A stretch of DNA of 64,000 bases, from IMG/VR virus record IMGVR_UViG_3300037475_000032, positions 1-64,000 of that record. One strand, given 5' to 3'. Every line of letters starts with the position of its first letter. The stretch's first letter is position 1. Of the stretch, positions 8,513 through 18,619 are shown one piece after another. A program made the position numbers and the translations under genes. Origin of the DNA: a virus. The notes under the pieces were generated by a model. The model saw nothing but the letters and a program-made list of their open reading frames with translations. It was not told the DNA's origin and did not search any database.

Positions 8513-11500
8513 ATGAATGTCCAGTGCGAAAACTGTGATGCACACTTCCAGATCAGTCCAGGAGATATGTCGGGGGCGACTGCTTGCCCCGATTGCGGTG
8601 GGACTCGATTTCTTCGAAGTCAACCTTCTCCTACTCGATCAGACGGAACGCTTAGGGACATGGTTGACTCCGATTCTCAGAAGGATCAGGGCGGTAACCC
8701 GCTAGGCGAGGGAACCATCATGGGTAGTGACGGTGAGCGTCCTCCCGGAAAGCGTGACAACTACATGCACTCTAGGGTCGCAGACTTCGATTCCACCGTC
8801 AAGGAGATGGAGAAGTACCACAACGGAGTGAATGGTTATGGTCAGGGTGACTCAAATGTTGCCGATGAGTGGCATGAGGGTGACTTCCGCATCGGGGATC
8901 AGTGGTTCGATGGAGCAGATGGAGACCCAGTTCCCAGCGTCACGTCTGCACTTGTAGCCACATCGGGTGAAATGGAGGACATCCTTGGTCTGAGTCCTCC
9001 AACTCCGCCATCAGGCGGATTCATGGCCTGGAAGCCGGGTATGCACGGCCGAGGACTCATCATCAACGGCGAGCCACACACCTGGAACGCCTACGATCCA
9101 TCCACTGTAGAGCAGACTGGTACAGGCAATAGTCACAGTCAGTACGTGCAGAGTCTTGGCATCAACCCGTCGATGGTTGACTGGCACTCTGGGGTCGAGA
9201 TCAGGCCGACCGGAGAGGTCGAGAATCTTACTGGACGCGACCCTATGCCATATATCAAGGCGGACCCACGACTTAAACCACAAGAGGGCGGCGGTGACCT
9301 GTTCTCAATCCAGCCTACTATGCAACCGACTTCCCGAACACTCGACATGACCCCGTACACGCCTTGGGCTCACCAGGCGGATGTGCAGTTTGATATGGGG
9401 CCGGATGCCAACGTTCCGCAGCACAAAATCACCGTACAGCCGGGGCCACTGGGAATCCACGCAGGTCATACCAAGTATCTCCGTTTCCTCGATGCTCACG
9501 TAAACGGCATCCCGGCTCGTCAGAACGCCGGACAGATCATCTCGCGCTACGGGCTTCACGACAGCCCGGAGTTTGGTCAGCCCGTAGAGATCGGGGTACA
9601 CGACCCAGCCCACATCGCCCCCATTGTGGAGCAGATCCAGTCGAGCCAGGGTGCTATCGCTACTCCGCGCATGAAGGAACTGGGTCACAAGATCCAGTCG
9701 GGTCAGCTTCCGCCGCCCCCAGGCATCGACCCAGCTTCCATCGCCCCGGTTCAGCAGGCCCCGGCACCAGAGCAGCCAGAGGTGCCGGTCACAGCCCGCA
9801 CAGCCGGACCCGCTCTAGCTATTGGTGGTGAGGCGTTGCTAGGAGGCGGCGCTGCCGAGGCAGCCGGTGGAGCAGCCGCAGCCGGTGGAGAGGGAGCAGC
9901 GGGCGGAGGGATGCTTTCAGGTGGCCTTGGTGGTATGGCACCCTCACTCATGAAGGGTGCCCTCTTTAGGCAGGGCGAGAACATGATCGGTGGAGGAGGC
10001 GGAGGTGGATCGGCTCCTGCGGGAGGCGGTGGTGAAGGTGGTAGCTCAGGTCCGCCCGAACTGTCACAGTTGGCCGCCATTCTCGTGTCCGACTACGAGA
10101 CTCCTAGCTCCAACCCAGATGTTGGAACGAAGCACGACGATCCCGAGGACGTTGACCAGAAGGAGTTTAACGACAAGGAGTCCGACCCCAACCCGAAGAA
10201 TCCGAACACGGATGACTCGGGCGCATCGGGTGAGGATGAAGTCCGCGATCATGCAGGATTCGCCCCCGACAGCCCAGGCATCGAACGCCTTGGCCTACTT
10301 CTTCCGTTGGTTCTTCACTACTTCAACTCCGCTGAGTCGGGAGCCGAGGACCCGATGCTCAAGGGTCTTCATGAAGTTCTTGAAGCCGAGAATCCCGGCT
10401 ACCTCGACAACGTAACTCCTGAGGATGAACAAGAGGCAAGAAGGCTAGTCAAGGAACATGGAACACATCAGCATGACAAGCATCAAGGAAAGGTTGCGCT
10501 AGTGCCTCCTATGCAGAACGGATACGTCGATCCGGCCTTCCAGCAACAGCAGGCAGAACAACTGCAAGGTCAGATGCCAGTAGCACAAACGCCGCCAGGT
10601 GGCGCTCAGCAGCAGGGTCATTGCCCTAACTGTGGAGGAGTTTTGACAGCCGATGGAACCTGCCCGCAGTGCGGAGCCAAGCAGAATCCGATGGGAGGCA
10701 GCACGATCCCCGGACAGACTCCCTTGACAGGAGGTCCGTCGATGCCTGCTCAGATCAGTGCTCACTACGACATCCTTGCCGCCCTCGTGGACTCCGCTAA
10801 CCACCAGGGACCCGTTACGCCTGAGCAGATCGCAGCCGTCCAGCAGTTGCTCATCAAGCAGCACCGTGTACACGAGGTTCCGAACGTTCCCCTCAACCCA
10901 GGCGACTACGCCAAGGAGATGTCGGAAATCCAGCAGGTTCCGAACGTCGCTCCACAGGTTCCTCAGGGTGAACAAACCTCACCTCCGGCTCCCGCAATGG
11001 GTGGCGCACCAGGCGGTATGCCGATGCCGGGCATGGGAGGCGAAGCCGGTGGAGCACCGATGCAGCCGATGTCACATACTGCGGCTGATAGCGTCGCTGG
11101 ACGTTGCCCCGTGTGCAACTCCGCTACGACCGGGATGCTCATGGATGAAGGCGGCCATCAGCGTTGCCATTCGTGCGGGAACATCTGGAAGAACGAGGAT
11201 GCCTTTACCGACAAGTCGGTCAACAAGGAAACACGAGTCGCAGCGCCAGCCGAGGCTACGCCGGACCAGACCCAGGACCCCAATCCTACACAGGCCCCTG
11301 CCGCCGAGCAGCATCATCGCCACGACATCGAGAATGACCAGGATTCTTCACTGACCTGGAAGGACACAGAAGGCAATCCGCTCCAGGCAGGCCAGGAATA
11401 CGAGATGCACAACCCCGCTTATGAGATCCCGGATATCATCCGTGTAGATCGAGTCAAGCCGGATGGTCTCGACGTTCACATTCTCGGCACCTTCTCCAAC

Positions 11501-12469
11501 GATCCTAATGCCCTAGCTGCCAGCACATCCATCTCTCATGAGGAGGCTCAGCTACAGCACTTCACCTTCGCTCCTGTGGCTGAAAACGCCGACCAGAGAG
11601 GTGAAGTACCTCCGGGCTCGCAGACTCCGGGCGATCAGCAGATTCCACCGTCAGGTCAGACGACGGATGAAGTCGCCAACAGCACCCAGCAGCAGGTATC
11701 GAGTGTTCAGAAGCACGCCCCGATGTCTGAGCACGACCAGTACTTTGGCGGCGCTGGAGGTGCTGAAAAGGCCCTCAGTGCCATGAAGAAGGAGTACGGA
11801 CCCGATAAGGGTGAGAGCGTCTTCTACGCGCTCCTGAACAAGCGTAAGCAGTCGATGGTCACGGAGGCGGACATTCGCCAGGCCGAGATGCTTGCTGTAC
11901 AGGCTCAGAGCAGTGGCAACATCGTCCAGAGCTTGAACGAAATCCCCGAGCCGGAAACCGACGACACCTGCCCCAAGTGTGGGAACCTTCGCATCGAGTC
12001 CTCGATGTCGAGCCCGACGACGATCATGCACGACTGCTTCCGTTGCGGTCATGTCTGGGAGTCGAGGGACGAGATGCCGGACTACGGTGGCGCAGGCGAG
12101 GCTCGCTCATGGGTGATGGAGAGCAACGGACCAGGCGGGGATGACTTCTTCGCTGAGATGGATCGTGCTCGTGCCATGGCTGCATCCGGCCAGATGGGCT
12201 CCCGCAACCTCTCCGACATCGCTGCCAAGGATACCCGTATGCAGCAGATCGGCGAGTACTTGTCCAGCCAGGCCAGCGAGCGCCAGGAAAGGATCGCGGG
12301 TAAGCACTTCACTCCATCCGAACAGCGTGCCCTCATTGATGAGGACGGACATGCTCGCAACAGTGACATGCTCCAGCTACAAGGCACTCACTACCGAACA
12401 CGCTACGACTTCACAGGTAAGGCGAACGGATCGAATGTCCCCGAGGGACATTTGGTCATGGGCGTTTAA
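8513..12469 (+). CDS. 1,318-aa head-region multidomain protein with four Zn ribbons (candidate internal head polyprotein)
   Basis: CENC/CPDC, CPNC/CPQC, CPVC/CHSC, CPKC/CFRC pairs; P/Q/G-rich linkers; C-terminal FTPSEQRALIDE..ARNSD.L.LQGTHY motif; lies upstream of the protease. Confidence 0.75.
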   Translation: MNVQCENCDAHFQISPGDMSGATACPDCGGTRFLRSQPSPTRSDGTLRDMVDSDSQKDQGGNPLGEGTIMGSDGERPPGKRDNYMHSRVADFDSTVKEMEKYHNGVNGYGQGDSNVADEWHEGDFRIGDQWFDGADGDPVPSVTSALVATSGEMEDILGLSPPTPPSGGFMAWKPGMHGRGLIINGEPHTWNAYDPSTVEQTGTGNSHSQYVQSLGINPSMVDWHSGVEIRPTGEVENLTGRDPMPYIKADPRLKPQEGGGDLFSIQPTMQPTSRTLDMTPYTPWAHQADVQFDMGPDANVPQHKITVQPGPLGIHAGHTKYLRFLDAHVNGIPARQNAGQIISRYGLHDSPEFGQPVEIGVHDPAHIAPIVEQIQSSQGAIATPRMKELGHKIQSGQLPPPPGIDPASIAPVQQAPAPEQPEVPVTARTAGPALAIGGEALLGGGAAEAAGGAAAAGGEGAAGGGMLSGGLGGMAPSLMKGALFRQGENMIGGGGGGGSAPAGGGGEGGSSGPPELSQLAAILVSDYETPSSNPDVGTKHDDPEDVDQKEFNDKESDPNPKNPNTDDSGASGEDEVRDHAGFAPDSPGIERLGLLLPLVLHYFNSAESGAEDPMLKGLHEVLEAENPGYLDNVTPEDEQEARRLVKEHGTHQHDKHQGKVALVPPMQNGYVDPAFQQQQAEQLQGQMPVAQTPPGGAQQQGHCPNCGGVLTADGTCPQCGAKQNPMGGSTIPGQTPLTGGPSMPAQISAHYDILAALVDSANHQGPVTPEQIAAVQQLLIKQHRVHEVPNVPLNPGDYAKEMSEIQQVPNVAPQVPQGEQTSPPAPAMGGAPGGMPMPGMGGEAGGAPMQPMSHTAADSVAGRCPVCNSATTGMLMDEGGHQRCHSCGNIWKNEDAFTDKSVNKETRVAAPAEATPDQTQDPNPTQAPAAEQHHRHDIENDQDSSLTWKDTEGNPLQAGQEYEMHNPAYEIPDIIRVDRVKPDGLDVHILGTFSNDPNALAASTSISHEEAQLQHFTFAPVAENADQRGEVPPGSQTPGDQQIPPSGQTTDEVANSTQQQVSSVQKHAPMSEHDQYFGGAGGAEKALSAMKKEYGPDKGESVFYALLNKRKQSMVTEADIRQAEMLAVQAQSSGNIVQSLNEIPEPETDDTCPKCGNLRIESSMSSPTTIMHDCFRCGHVWESRDEMPDYGGAGEARSWVMESNGPGGDDFFAEMDRARAMAASGQMGSRNLSDIAAKDTRMQQIGEYLSSQASERQERIAGKHFTPSEQRALIDEDGHARNSDMLQLQGTHYRTRYDFTGKANGSNVPEGHLVMGV

Positions 12470-12487
12470 ACGACAGGAAGGAAAGTC

Positions 12488-12766
12488 ATGCCAGCAGCTA
12501 AAAAGTCTACCTCCACCAAGAAGGAGAAGACACCAGAGAAGCCCGTTGTGGCTTCGGAGCCAGATGAGTCAATCGAGTGCGGCATTTGTGGAAAGGCCGG
12601 AGGACCCAACATCCAGTGTGGAATCTGCCATGGACACGCTCCTACCCAGACACGCGCCTACACATTGAGCGACGTTCGTTCGGGTCGAGCACCTGACGAC
12701 GGACGCTACGGACCAGGCGGCTCAGTGAGCCCCACAATAGTCACACTTCCAGGGTCAGCCAGGTAG
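12488..12766 (+). CDS. Small Lys-rich Zn-finger protein
   Basis: MPAAKKSTSTKKEK; CGICG twice; SD AGGAAGG. Confidence 0.65.
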   Translation: MPAAKKSTSTKKEKTPEKPVVASEPDESIECGICGKAGGPNIQCGICHGHAPTQTRAYTLSDVRSGRAPDDGRYGPGGSVSPTIVTLPGSAR

Positions 12767-12808
12767 GGACCCTTTCTAAACCATCGACACCTAAGGGTAA
12801 TACGTGAG

Positions 12809-13627
12809 ATGCCAGTTTACCACCTAGAGGGGCCACCAACAAGTAAGGTCAGTCGCGCTGAGGCTGAGGCAAAGCTACAGCGCCATCCAGCTATGCCTAA
12901 GGATGCCGAGTACGACCTTTGGGACCAGGGAGGACGTTGGACCGCAGCTTGGCACCAGGCCGGTCCTCCGCCGTTTGGTCCGCCAGCCGACGATGATGAA
13001 GAGGCACCGGGACCGAAGTCTGAGGGTCCTGATGACACTGCCCCTGAGCCGCCCGATGCGGACAAGGGACCCGAGGAGCCGGATGAAGGTGACGAGGGCG
13101 CAGCCGATGGCGAGGATGGTCCTCCGAAGGATGAGAAGGACAAGGGTAAGGGCGAGAAGGAGGATGTCAAGCTCGACCACGAGATCTATGACCTTCTCCA
13201 GAAGATCGTTGTTGCTCTCGGTATCTCAGACGGTGGACCGGAAGACAGCCCTGTTCCAGGTGAAGAGGAAGCTCCTCCGATCAACCCACAGGGACCGCCA
13301 GTCAAGCCCCCGGAGGGAGGACCGCCAGGTGGTGGAGACAAGCACCCAGCCCCGCCGCTCAAGCAGGGTGAGGTTCCGCCCGGTGGAACGCCTGTAGGTG
13401 CCCCCGCTTTCTCTAGCGTAGCCGACGATCATCCTTGGAAGGGTCTTGTCGGGAAGGTCGCATCCTTCTCTGTCGAGGAGCAGTGGCCCGAGGATCGTCC
13501 GGTAGCCGAGTTCGAGGCGCTTGCTCGCCGCGTCGCACATGGCACAGGCTTCAAGGTGAAGCAGACTCAGCGTGGCGCAGACGAGGACGGTAATCCTACC
13601 GTCAGAGCTTTGATCTCAACTTACTAG
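12809..13627 (+). CDS. Acidic Pro-rich head-region protein
   Basis: D/E/P/G low complexity; late-type GTAAT motif upstream. Confidence 0.65.
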   Translation: MPVYHLEGPPTSKVSRAEAEAKLQRHPAMPKDAEYDLWDQGGRWTAAWHQAGPPPFGPPADDDEEAPGPKSEGPDDTAPEPPDADKGPEEPDEGDEGAADGEDGPPKDEKDKGKGEKEDVKLDHEIYDLLQKIVVALGISDGGPEDSPVPGEEEAPPINPQGPPVKPPEGGPPGGGDKHPAPPLKQGEVPPGGTPVGAPAFSSVADDHPWKGLVGKVASFSVEEQWPEDRPVAEFEALARRVAHGTGFKVKQTQRGADEDGNPTVRALISTY

Positions 13628-13638
13628 GGAGTACAGAC

Positions 13639-13827
13639 ATGTCGGAGCCATCTTCCGACGACCTTGAGCGAGTCATTCGTAAAGAGTTTGACCGAATGAG
13701 GGGTCGTCTATGCGGTTTCATCGAGGCTTGTGGCCTGCCTGAAAAGCAGGAGCGCGGAGCCATCGCTACACTCAAGTCCTTGAGCTACGATTCAGAGAAC
13801 CTGATCGTGGATCTTGTGAGTGACTAG
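13639..13827 (+). CDS. Small hypothetical protein
   Basis: SD GGGAG; tiles between head genes. Confidence 0.55.
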   Translation: MSEPSSDDLERVIRKEFDRMRGRLCGFIEACGLPEKQERGAIATLKSLSYDSENLIVDLVSD

Positions 13828-13859
13828 CAATCTCGTCACTGCGGCGACGTAAAGAGTGA

Positions 13860-16193
13860 ATGTCGCTCACAAAGTATGCAAGTTTCGAGGTCTCGGAGAT
13901 CCTTGAGGTCAAGGGTTCTCCTGTGCGCAGACATGCGTCACTCGATAAGCTCTCGGACTATGACAACTATCGTACCAGCGATGGGTACATGTACGTCCGA
14001 ATCAGGGCGATCTCATCGAGGGTCAACAAGAACCACGATGGTTGGCCCTCAGTCGAGCTTGCGGGCTCCCCGGAGATCTTCGAGCGTCATGCCAAGCAGT
14101 CCTCCACAGGTTTCACGGTGGAGGCAGCAGACGGGGACAAGAAGTACGGCTTCGCTACGTTCGTCGGCAAGCCCATCTTCGTGGATCACCACAACTCCGA
14201 TCCCAAGAGGGCTCGTGGTGTCATCGTTGATGCCAAGCTCAACGTTTCCTCACTTGACAAGGAGGCAGCCCTTGACTCCTACTACTCAAGCTCGGACCTA
14301 GACAAGGAGCACGCACCGCCCACAGAGGTCGAGCTTCTTCTTGAGGTCGATGCCAAGTCCTTTCCCACGTTCGCCAAGGCCATCGAGTCGGGCGACCTAG
14401 ACGGCTTCTCCATGGGATGCGACGTAGAGCGCTCCAAGTGCTCCCACTGCGGCAACATCGCCACCAACCCGGACGAGTACTGCTCACACATCGTCATGAA
14501 GGGCGCTCACCACGACTTCAAGACAGCCGATGGAAAGCGCGTAGCCCGCAAGTCCTACGAGAACTGCTACGGCATCAGCTTCTTCGAGATCTCAGGCGTA
14601 TTCGAACCTGCCGACGAGACAGCCTTGACGAAGGAAGTGCGAGCCAACGTTCACCGTGAGGCTGCCGGACTTCCTCAGTTCACTGCCGAGAATCCCCTCC
14701 CCCAGTCCTTCCACACCACGGCCCCCGAAGAGATTGACACTCTGAGGCAGGAGCAGATCTGCCCTGTCTGTGGTTCTGACATGGACGGAGAGACCTGCGA
14801 TGCCTGCGGTTACGTCAAGCCACCAAAGGGATTTGACAACCCGGACTTGGAGAAGGCTCAGCACATCGAGGAGGAGATGAAGCAGAACGGTGAAGCCGAT
14901 ATCGAGGGCGACGAAGCCTCCCCTACAGCGGAGAATATCGGCGATCAGCAGGAGCCTCCTACTGAGAAGCAACCGGGCTCTTACCTCCAACAGACTAGAA
15001 ATACGCAGCCCACCGCGAGCGTAAAGAGTGATATGAACTGGAAGCCTATCTTGCATCCTAAGGTTGCTGCTCGCATCAACCCGAACGAAAAGCCACTCAA
15101 GACGACTTCTAAGCCCGCAACAAACGAGCCTACACAGGAGAGAGTGATTAGCGATCAGACCACTCCGGTCACAGCAGCAATGCTAACCGCCCAACACCTC
15201 ATGCAGGCCGCACAAACAAATCACACAGGAGACTCCATGAGCACCAAGACCGCTGATGGCCCAACACCGCCCGACGCTTCGGCCGACAAGCGCGTCGATG
15301 TCACAGGCGTTGGTGGAGTCATCGAGCCAAGCAACGATGCAGCATCCGCAGCAGACGCCCAGGTCGATGTCACAGGCACCGGATCTACAGGCGTCTCGGA
15401 TGTCGAGGCACAGAGCACCCAGGATCTTCCGGCCGCAGGACGCGACTCGGACGATTCGGGATTCAACAAGGACAAGACGACCGAGGACTCAGGTCCGACC
15501 GCTACCTTCGGTGACTCCGATGGTACGGAGAAGGGTGTCAGTGATCCTGTCACAAACGAGAGCCTTGAAGGGAACCAGAACAAGGACGCATCTGTCCGCC
15601 AGGCCCTTGACGCCGCACCGTTCCCGAACGACGAGATCGAGGGCGGCTCAGCCAACCAGGGCACACAGCCCTCAGACCCGGTTGGTAAGGCTCAGAATCG
15701 CGTTGACGTTCTCGACGCCACCACAACTCCTTCCAACAACTCAGGCGCTACCAAGACCTGGAGCGGCACGGACGGTACGGCTGTTGAAAGGCAGCAGGAC
15801 CCGGTAACCCGTGAGCTACAGCCGAACAACACGGACAACGCTTGGACTTCACACATCGTCTCCGCCATGAAGCTAGCTGACCAAGAGGTCGAGCTAGGTC
15901 TTATCACCAAGGAGGAGAAGTACGAGCGCATTGCCGAGATCGAGCAGCAGGACCCAGGCGAGATCCAGGCTCAGCTTGACACCTTGTCTCGCGTCAAGAC
16001 GGCTGGCCTCAACAAGCTAGCCAAGGCTCGTACAGCCGGAGTTACTTCCTTCCCGCGTATGCTCGGACAGCGAACCGCAGCCCCTCAGGGTGCTTTCGGT
16101 AAGACGTTCGAGAGGATCGCGTCAGGAGAGGAGCAGGCGGAGCAGCAGGTCGTGGACGAGAGCGTTCTCGACTCGGCTCTGTTCAGCCGCTAA
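13860..16193 (+). CDS. Capsid maturation protease-scaffold fusion
   Basis: FVDHHN...RARGVIVDA, VELLLEVDA, GFSMGCDV..SKCSHCGN, FFEISGVFEPAD; acidic repeat-rich C-terminal half (xVDVTG repeats); two genes upstream of the MCP. Confidence 0.8.
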   Translation: MSLTKYASFEVSEILEVKGSPVRRHASLDKLSDYDNYRTSDGYMYVRIRAISSRVNKNHDGWPSVELAGSPEIFERHAKQSSTGFTVEAADGDKKYGFATFVGKPIFVDHHNSDPKRARGVIVDAKLNVSSLDKEAALDSYYSSSDLDKEHAPPTEVELLLEVDAKSFPTFAKAIESGDLDGFSMGCDVERSKCSHCGNIATNPDEYCSHIVMKGAHHDFKTADGKRVARKSYENCYGISFFEISGVFEPADETALTKEVRANVHREAAGLPQFTAENPLPQSFHTTAPEEIDTLRQEQICPVCGSDMDGETCDACGYVKPPKGFDNPDLEKAQHIEEEMKQNGEADIEGDEASPTAENIGDQQEPPTEKQPGSYLQQTRNTQPTASVKSDMNWKPILHPKVAARINPNEKPLKTTSKPATNEPTQERVISDQTTPVTAAMLTAQHLMQAAQTNHTGDSMSTKTADGPTPPDASADKRVDVTGVGGVIEPSNDAASAADAQVDVTGTGSTGVSDVEAQSTQDLPAAGRDSDDSGFNKDKTTEDSGPTATFGDSDGTEKGVSDPVTNESLEGNQNKDASVRQALDAAPFPNDEIEGGSANQGTQPSDPVGKAQNRVDVLDATTTPSNNSGATKTWSGTDGTAVERQQDPVTRELQPNNTDNAWTSHIVSAMKLADQEVELGLITKEEKYERIAEIEQQDPGEIQAQLDTLSRVKTAGLNKLAKARTAGVTSFPRMLGQRTAAPQGAFGKTFERIASGEEQAEQQVVDESVLDSALFSR

Positions 16194-16297
16194 TAGGTAC
16201 ACCCAAAGGTTCCTACTTACTTTTCTGATTTCGCCGTTGGGAAAGTAGTAGAAGCTCTAGCGCCGAGGCGCTTAACCCAAACACAGGAAGCTGACAT

Positions 16298-16885
16298 ATG
16301 CAAACAATCTACGGTCCTGGTAATGCTTCCAACATTACCCTTACGGCTCAGAAGCGCCTCATCAGGCCCGTGTACGCCCAGACGCAGGGTACTCCGTACG
16401 CTGCCTACCTGGACCCGTCGCTTAGGAACGCGAATGGAACCATTCGCATCCCCCAGGCTTCGGACACGGAACCGATTGCGCGTTCAGCCAACGCCTTCTC
16501 CTACGAAGGCTCCCTAACCCCCGGCTTGGTTCTCCTCAAGTCAACGGGTGAGAATGTGGTTATCGCCACAGGTGCTAACTCGGCTCTCCAGCCGTTTGGT
16601 CTTCTCGCTCAGTGGCTCGGCGGAACCTTCGACAACGTTGGACAGGTCAACGAGGTCGCAGCTTGGAGGGGTCCTGACTCAGTATTCGATCTTCTTGCTC
16701 CGGCATGGAACGACACTGGTCTCGCCTCTGCCATCGCAGCCGCAGGTCCGGGCACAAACGTCCTCCTATACGCAGGTGCGGACGGTCGTCTTGAAGTCAA
16801 CGGTTCACCGGGATCTCGTGTCGCGGTTGCCTCCGTTGTCGAAAGGCCATCGGCTTCACGTCTGCGAATCAACCTCCTAGTCTAA
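16298..16885 (+). CDS. Capsid decoration/cement protein
   Basis: KRLIRPVYAQTQGTPYAAYLDP motif; immediately upstream of the MCP as in Bxz1-like phages. Confidence 0.7.
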   Translation: MQTIYGPGNASNITLTAQKRLIRPVYAQTQGTPYAAYLDPSLRNANGTIRIPQASDTEPIARSANAFSYEGSLTPGLVLLKSTGENVVIATGANSALQPFGLLAQWLGGTFDNVGQVNEVAAWRGPDSVFDLLAPAWNDTGLASAIAAAGPGTNVLLYAGADGRLEVNGSPGSRVAVASVVERPSASRLRINLLV

Positions 16886-16900
16886 GGAAAACTGACAACA

Positions 16901-18007
16901 ATGCCTCTTGAACTAACAGCACGCCAGGCGGTTGCCAGTGGCGACTACGAGGATCACCTAAAGGATCTTCCAAAGCTCTCCCGTAAGCAGAAGGTTGGAC
17001 GCTTGGAGGCCATCTTGGCTGACAAGCAGAACGCCCTCCGCCGCATCGGGCAGGGAATGATCGGTCCTATCCAGATTCGACTCCGCTACGAGGGAATCGT
17101 CCGCAACGTTCTTGTGGAGGACACCCTTGAGCGTGGACCGCTCATGCCTTACGACATCCTCGATGACCTTGGTCGCGCATACGTGCTCAACAGCACGGAT
17201 GCCGAGGTCAAGATCACGCCATTCGAGGGTAAGCAGGCGTTCCCGCAGCTATTTAGGATCGCATCCTTCCCGCGCATCCGCAAGGAGGATTTGTACTTCC
17301 TCCGCGTCAACGCAGTCGAGTACGCTCAGGACGAGACCCGTCAGGCCATCCAGAAGCAGGAGGACGCACGTCTCATCTTGCTCTTGGAGCAGGCTATCGT
17401 CGGACTCGGCCAGGCCATCGCCAATGGTGTAGTTGGACTTGCACCTACAGGTGGTCTTGCAACCGGCATCGCTGCCGGTCCTGCGGTTGCACCAAACGAG
17501 CACACCGTTCTCCTTGGTGCAGGTAACCCGCTTGAGCCTGCCGACTTCTACAACGCAGTGACGCAAATCGAGATCAACCAGCTAGAGGCTCGTCGTGTCT
17601 TGGCTCACCCGGCCGACATCCGCGATCTCTACAACTGGGACTTGAACGTCACCGGATTCCGCTTCAAGGATGAGGTATTTGCTGGAGGACGCATCACATC
17701 CTTCGGTGAGTTCCAGATCCAGAGGAGCATCATCGTTCCGCAGGGAGAGGTCTTCTTGACCGCCGAGCCCGAGTTCATCGGTGTCTTCCCGGTCATGTAC
17801 TCCCTCGACGTTGAGGAGAACCACCAGGTAGAGCAGTTCTACAAGGGATGGGTCATGGACGAGCTTGTAGGTATGCTCGTGCTCAACCCACGCGGTATCT
17901 CCCGTATCCTCAAGGCAGACTCCACCGCTGCACCGCAGAAGCTCGACATCTCCGGTCTCTCGACTGGTACTCCGATCACCTCCGGCACAGGAGAATGGGA
18001 GCTTTAG
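16901..18007 (+). CDS. Major capsid protein (Bxz1-like, HK97 fold)
   Basis: GQGMIGPIQIRLRYEGIVRNVLVEDTL, YDILDDLG, ITPFEGK, LFRIASFPRIRKEDLY, KGWVMDELVGM. Confidence 0.92.
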   Translation: MPLELTARQAVASGDYEDHLKDLPKLSRKQKVGRLEAILADKQNALRRIGQGMIGPIQIRLRYEGIVRNVLVEDTLERGPLMPYDILDDLGRAYVLNSTDAEVKITPFEGKQAFPQLFRIASFPRIRKEDLYFLRVNAVEYAQDETRQAIQKQEDARLILLLEQAIVGLGQAIANGVVGLAPTGGLATGIAAGPAVAPNEHTVLLGAGNPLEPADFYNAVTQIEINQLEARRVLAHPADIRDLYNWDLNVTGFRFKDEVFAGGRITSFGEFQIQRSIIVPQGEVFLTAEPEFIGVFPVMYSLDVEENHQVEQFYKGWVMDELVGMLVLNPRGISRILKADSTAAPQKLDISGLSTGTPITSGTGEWEL

Positions 18008-18033
18008 TCTGAGCGTCAGACAGCAACCTAAAG

Positions 18034-18060
18034 AGAAAGGCCCCGAAAGGGGCCTTTCTT
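18034..18060. terminator. Bidirectional intrinsic terminator
   Basis: AGAAAGGCCCC-GAAA-GGGGCCTTTCT hairpin between the MCP and converging genes. Confidence 0.9.
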
Positions 18061-18136
18061 ATTGGTGAAGTCTCTTGAGTCTTTCTTGCTCCATGACCCA
18101 CGCTAGGATCACGGACTCAGCATGTCTATGACGCAT
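18059..18136 (-). CDS. Possible 25-aa peptide
   Basis: SD GGGAGG then MRHRHAESVILAWVMEQERLKRLHQ*; ends at the terminator. Confidence 0.4.
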   Translation of the reverse strand: MRHRHAESVILAWVMEQERLKRLHQ

Positions 18137-18208
18137 AGCGCCTCCCTTGTCCGTTGTACATATTCTGCACCAGACGGAGAGGGTCTTTGATCGGACAGAT
18201 GTCCAGGA

Positions 18209-18619
18209 TTACACAGGTTCCCCTTGGACATCATCTTGGAGGTAGATGGCGGGCGGCACATACTGGGGTTTAAACGGGTCAGAGAAGTTCACGTAGCGGT
18301 AGCCCCTGAATCCCTTCATAGGGCGTTCAACGCCCCACTCGGCCATCCAGTAGGGGTTACGCACCACATAGACTCCAGGGCGCATTAGCGCGCCGCTCAC
18401 GGGGTCTGTGACATCCTCCCTGTACTCGACGCCCAATACCTCGTTCCATCCCCTTACAACGCCGTCGTGGACCATGTAGCAGCGATCTCCGACGTTGAGA
18501 TCTTTTGGTCGGCTCGGCACACGGTAGTTGATGACCAGCCCGTTGTCGGCGGCCTTCTCCAACTCGTCCAGATAGGACTCAAGCGGCCTTGACTTGGGCC
18601 ACGTAATGGCTATGTCCAT
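18209..18619 (-). CDS. PUA/ASCH/EVE-like domain protein
   Basis: VGDRCYMVHDGVVRG and MKGFRGYRY motifs; start trimmed to MDIAITW. Confidence 0.55.
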   Translation of the reverse strand: MDIAITWPKSRPLESYLDELEKAADNGLVINYRVPSRPKDLNVGDRCYMVHDGVVRGWNEVLGVEYREDVTDPVSGALMRPGVYVVRNPYWMAEWGVERPMKGFRGYRYVNFSDPFKPQYVPPAIYLQDDVQGEPV

